From Eutreptiella sp. 'Long Island Sound 2002' (taxonomy: Eukaryota; Protista; Euglenida): a DNA stretch of 64,000 nt. The position numbers were made by a program, and so were the translations under genes. Position 1 is the first letter of the stretch, and each line of letters begins with the position of its first letter. This document shows, piece after piece, positions 61,701 through 64,000 of the stretch. The DNA lies in NCBI GenBank assembly GCA_964036045.1, contig OZ038378.1, positions 62,558,001 through 62,622,000 on the forward strand, read 5' to 3'. Under the pieces are notes generated by a model. It searched no databases. It was not told where the DNA came from and saw nothing but the letters and a program-made list of their open reading frames with translations.

Positions 61701-63168
61701 TAGGCCGAGGATGTGAGTGAGAGGGGCCCCACCGTGGAGGCGGCTGCCGATGTGCCTGACGGTGTGCCTATGGTGGAGCCCTTGATAGACGGTGACGGGC
61801 ATGACCACAGCCCCATCGTTCTGGAAATACCCGACACAGAGGGTGCGGCATGTGAGGTTCGTGCGTTGCCTTCTTCCCATTGGCGTCCACTCCGTCCCGC
61901 GTGTTGTCTCCAGCGGTGGCCCTCAATCCATAACATCGTTTTCATAGTCCTGCGCGTCGTGCAGCAGAACCACAGTGGCTTTCTTTCTGCATTTCTTTTC
62001 AACAGTGTTGGTGAGCTCGCAAGCCGTCCTCAGGATGATCGGACCCACCGGCAGCGGCGCAAGCCAAGGCAGGAGTGTGGGTCGGGCGAGGTGGTGTTGG
62101 GGATCGGGGGGGTGGTGCTTAGAAGAGGATCCATATGGTTATGGGGATGGGGGAGGGGTCAATAAGTGATGCCAATGTTGTCTTGGGAAGCGAACTTTCT
62201 CAACCCCGCCCCCCCCCTTTCCGCGTCTGGGCCCGGCCAGCCACCCACACTGCTAGTCAGCCCAGGCCAAACTACTGGACCCGTAACCTGCCACGGAAGC
62301 GGCTTCTGACCTAGTGCCCTCTTCCTATGCGGCCCACAAGCCACGTGTCCCATTTAGACCCTAAGTGTGATTCACACTCCAACGAATGGCCCTTCTCGGA
62401 TGCATGAGGGAAGATTCGATGTGGTGAATAAGAGTGCCTGGCCCTCTGACGTTGATGCCCCGTGTTTGCAAATTGAAGGGATGGGTGCAAAAAAAAAATG
62501 GCAACCAAGCTTTCTTCATGCAAACCATGCCAAGGAGGTAGCACGGAAACTCAATGCTATGGCAGTGTTTTTGGGATGTCCTGCATGGTGTTAACAACTA
62601 GTAATGCGGTGGCTGTAGAATCCCATCCTTGTGTCGCGTAAGTTGCGGACACCGCGGACGTCCGCTGCAATATTGGCTCTAGATTCAAATTAACATCCCG
62701 GGCCTCTTGCGTGTCCCCACTGACCCCATGTCCGGTTTGGATCCCAGCACTGATCAACAATTTGGCGAATGGCCCTTCTGGGACAATGGACCGAACATTG
62801 GACCCTGGCCCTTGATATCGTGGATGTGCAAATGATTGGGCGAAGGTTCATTGTGGTGCAAAAGAAAAAGGGCCCAGATGCGAACCAGGACTACCTCATG
62901 CAAAGCATCCCAAGGTGGTGGCAGGGAATGATAGTTGGGGAGGTCCCGCATGTTGTGAACCACTGGTTCTGTCATGGCTCTGGAATCACATCCTGATGTC
63001 GCAGACGTCGCAGACGTCGCAGCCGTTGGCTCCAATAGCGGCTCTAAATTGTAATCAACGTGTTGGGTGTCTTACATGTCTCCTAGTTGGAACAAACCGG
63101 TGTGCGAGAGTGTCTAGCCCTTTGGGTGTTGATGTCCCCATGGCTATTGTTCACAAGAAGCACACAAC

Positions 63169-64000
63169 ATGCCCAAACTTAGCGAGTTGGAAGCCGGCCC
63201 CTTTGAAAAAGAGAAACACACAGCGAATCTAGAATTTGGTGCCCGTGAGGGTGTGTGCAAGTCGTTGAACTTCACGATTGACGAGGCGTGGGACTACATG
63301 ATGTCCCCCATAGTTGGACTTAAAAACGCATTGTTGGTCGAGAAGCAGGAAATGCGCTTACTGCACAGCGCTGACAGGTTTGACCGTTGTGCGCGTCCTC
63401 GGCATGGGCAGCACTGGGATCGGGTAATACGAACCACGTAACAACGATTTGCGTGTCGTAAGTGTTGCCCGCCCGCCTCGTTGTGCGTGTTGTGCCGCCA
63501 CCATCTTGCACATTAGGTACGATTCGTTCTTGATGTGCCTTGGCATGGTGCGACCTGTCAAGCTGGATGCCGTTTGGGAACCCAATCATCTCGCGTCCAA
63601 CCGCTACCTTGCCAGGCTTTACGGCGTGCGCGCTATTATCGTCTCAACCACTTGTTGCGCACGGATGTGACCGACCTCATAAAGGAGTGCAATGCGACGC
63701 GGTTGTCCGTTTGGGAGATCAGGCGGGCGGTATATGGGGATGAGGCCGTTGGACCCCAATGGTCCAATTCGCACGGCCCGCGGCAATACATTGCGCGCAA
63801 GCCACACTCCACCGCCATAAAAATGTATGTGTTGTGCGACAACACATACGGCTACGTGTCTGATGTGTATTTGTAGACCGGCCGCCGCGGCCACATCCGG
63901 CGAACAAGCACTTGTGCCGGAGATCTTGATGCCAAAGGCATCATGCAGTGGTGGGCGCTCCAAGTGCCCCCTGAGACCGTCTCGGTGGTGGACTCGTTCT
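63169..64000 (+). mobile_element. piggyBac-like transposase relic, running off the window end
   Basis: YGDEAVG...PRQYIARKPHSTAIKMYVLCDNTYGYVSDVYL*TG...VVDSF matches the piggyBac D268/D346-region motifs. Confidence 0.85.

Overview
Eukaryotic, transposon-saturated DNA with no clearly intact host gene; the organism cannot be determined from the sequence. Evidence for a eukaryote: GT-AG introns, non-LTR retrotransposon relics, MULE, piggyBac and PIF1/Helitron-like remnants, and microsatellites. About 14.6 kb (7052-21629) is a 25-bp satellite with a layered higher-order structure (25 bp -> 350 bp -> 2,780 bp), homogeneous in the core and diverged at the edges. The rest is nested, mostly pseudogenised mobile elements, several of which can be excised on paper to restore the reading frame they interrupted. 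Two observations stand out. (1) Four relics of a DDE-transposase clan with RAG1/Transib-like motif order (D..D-x-CxxC..LH..HxxxxH..E). Two are bounded by CCC...GGG terminal inverted repeats with 2-bp target duplications, and one has an in-frame spliceosomal intron. (2) Two different PhyH-like 2OG-Fe(II) dioxygenase coding relics in mobile contexts, one inside a ~2.45-kb insertion that splits a LINE endonuclease. All protein-family calls come from manual motif reading; no database search was run.
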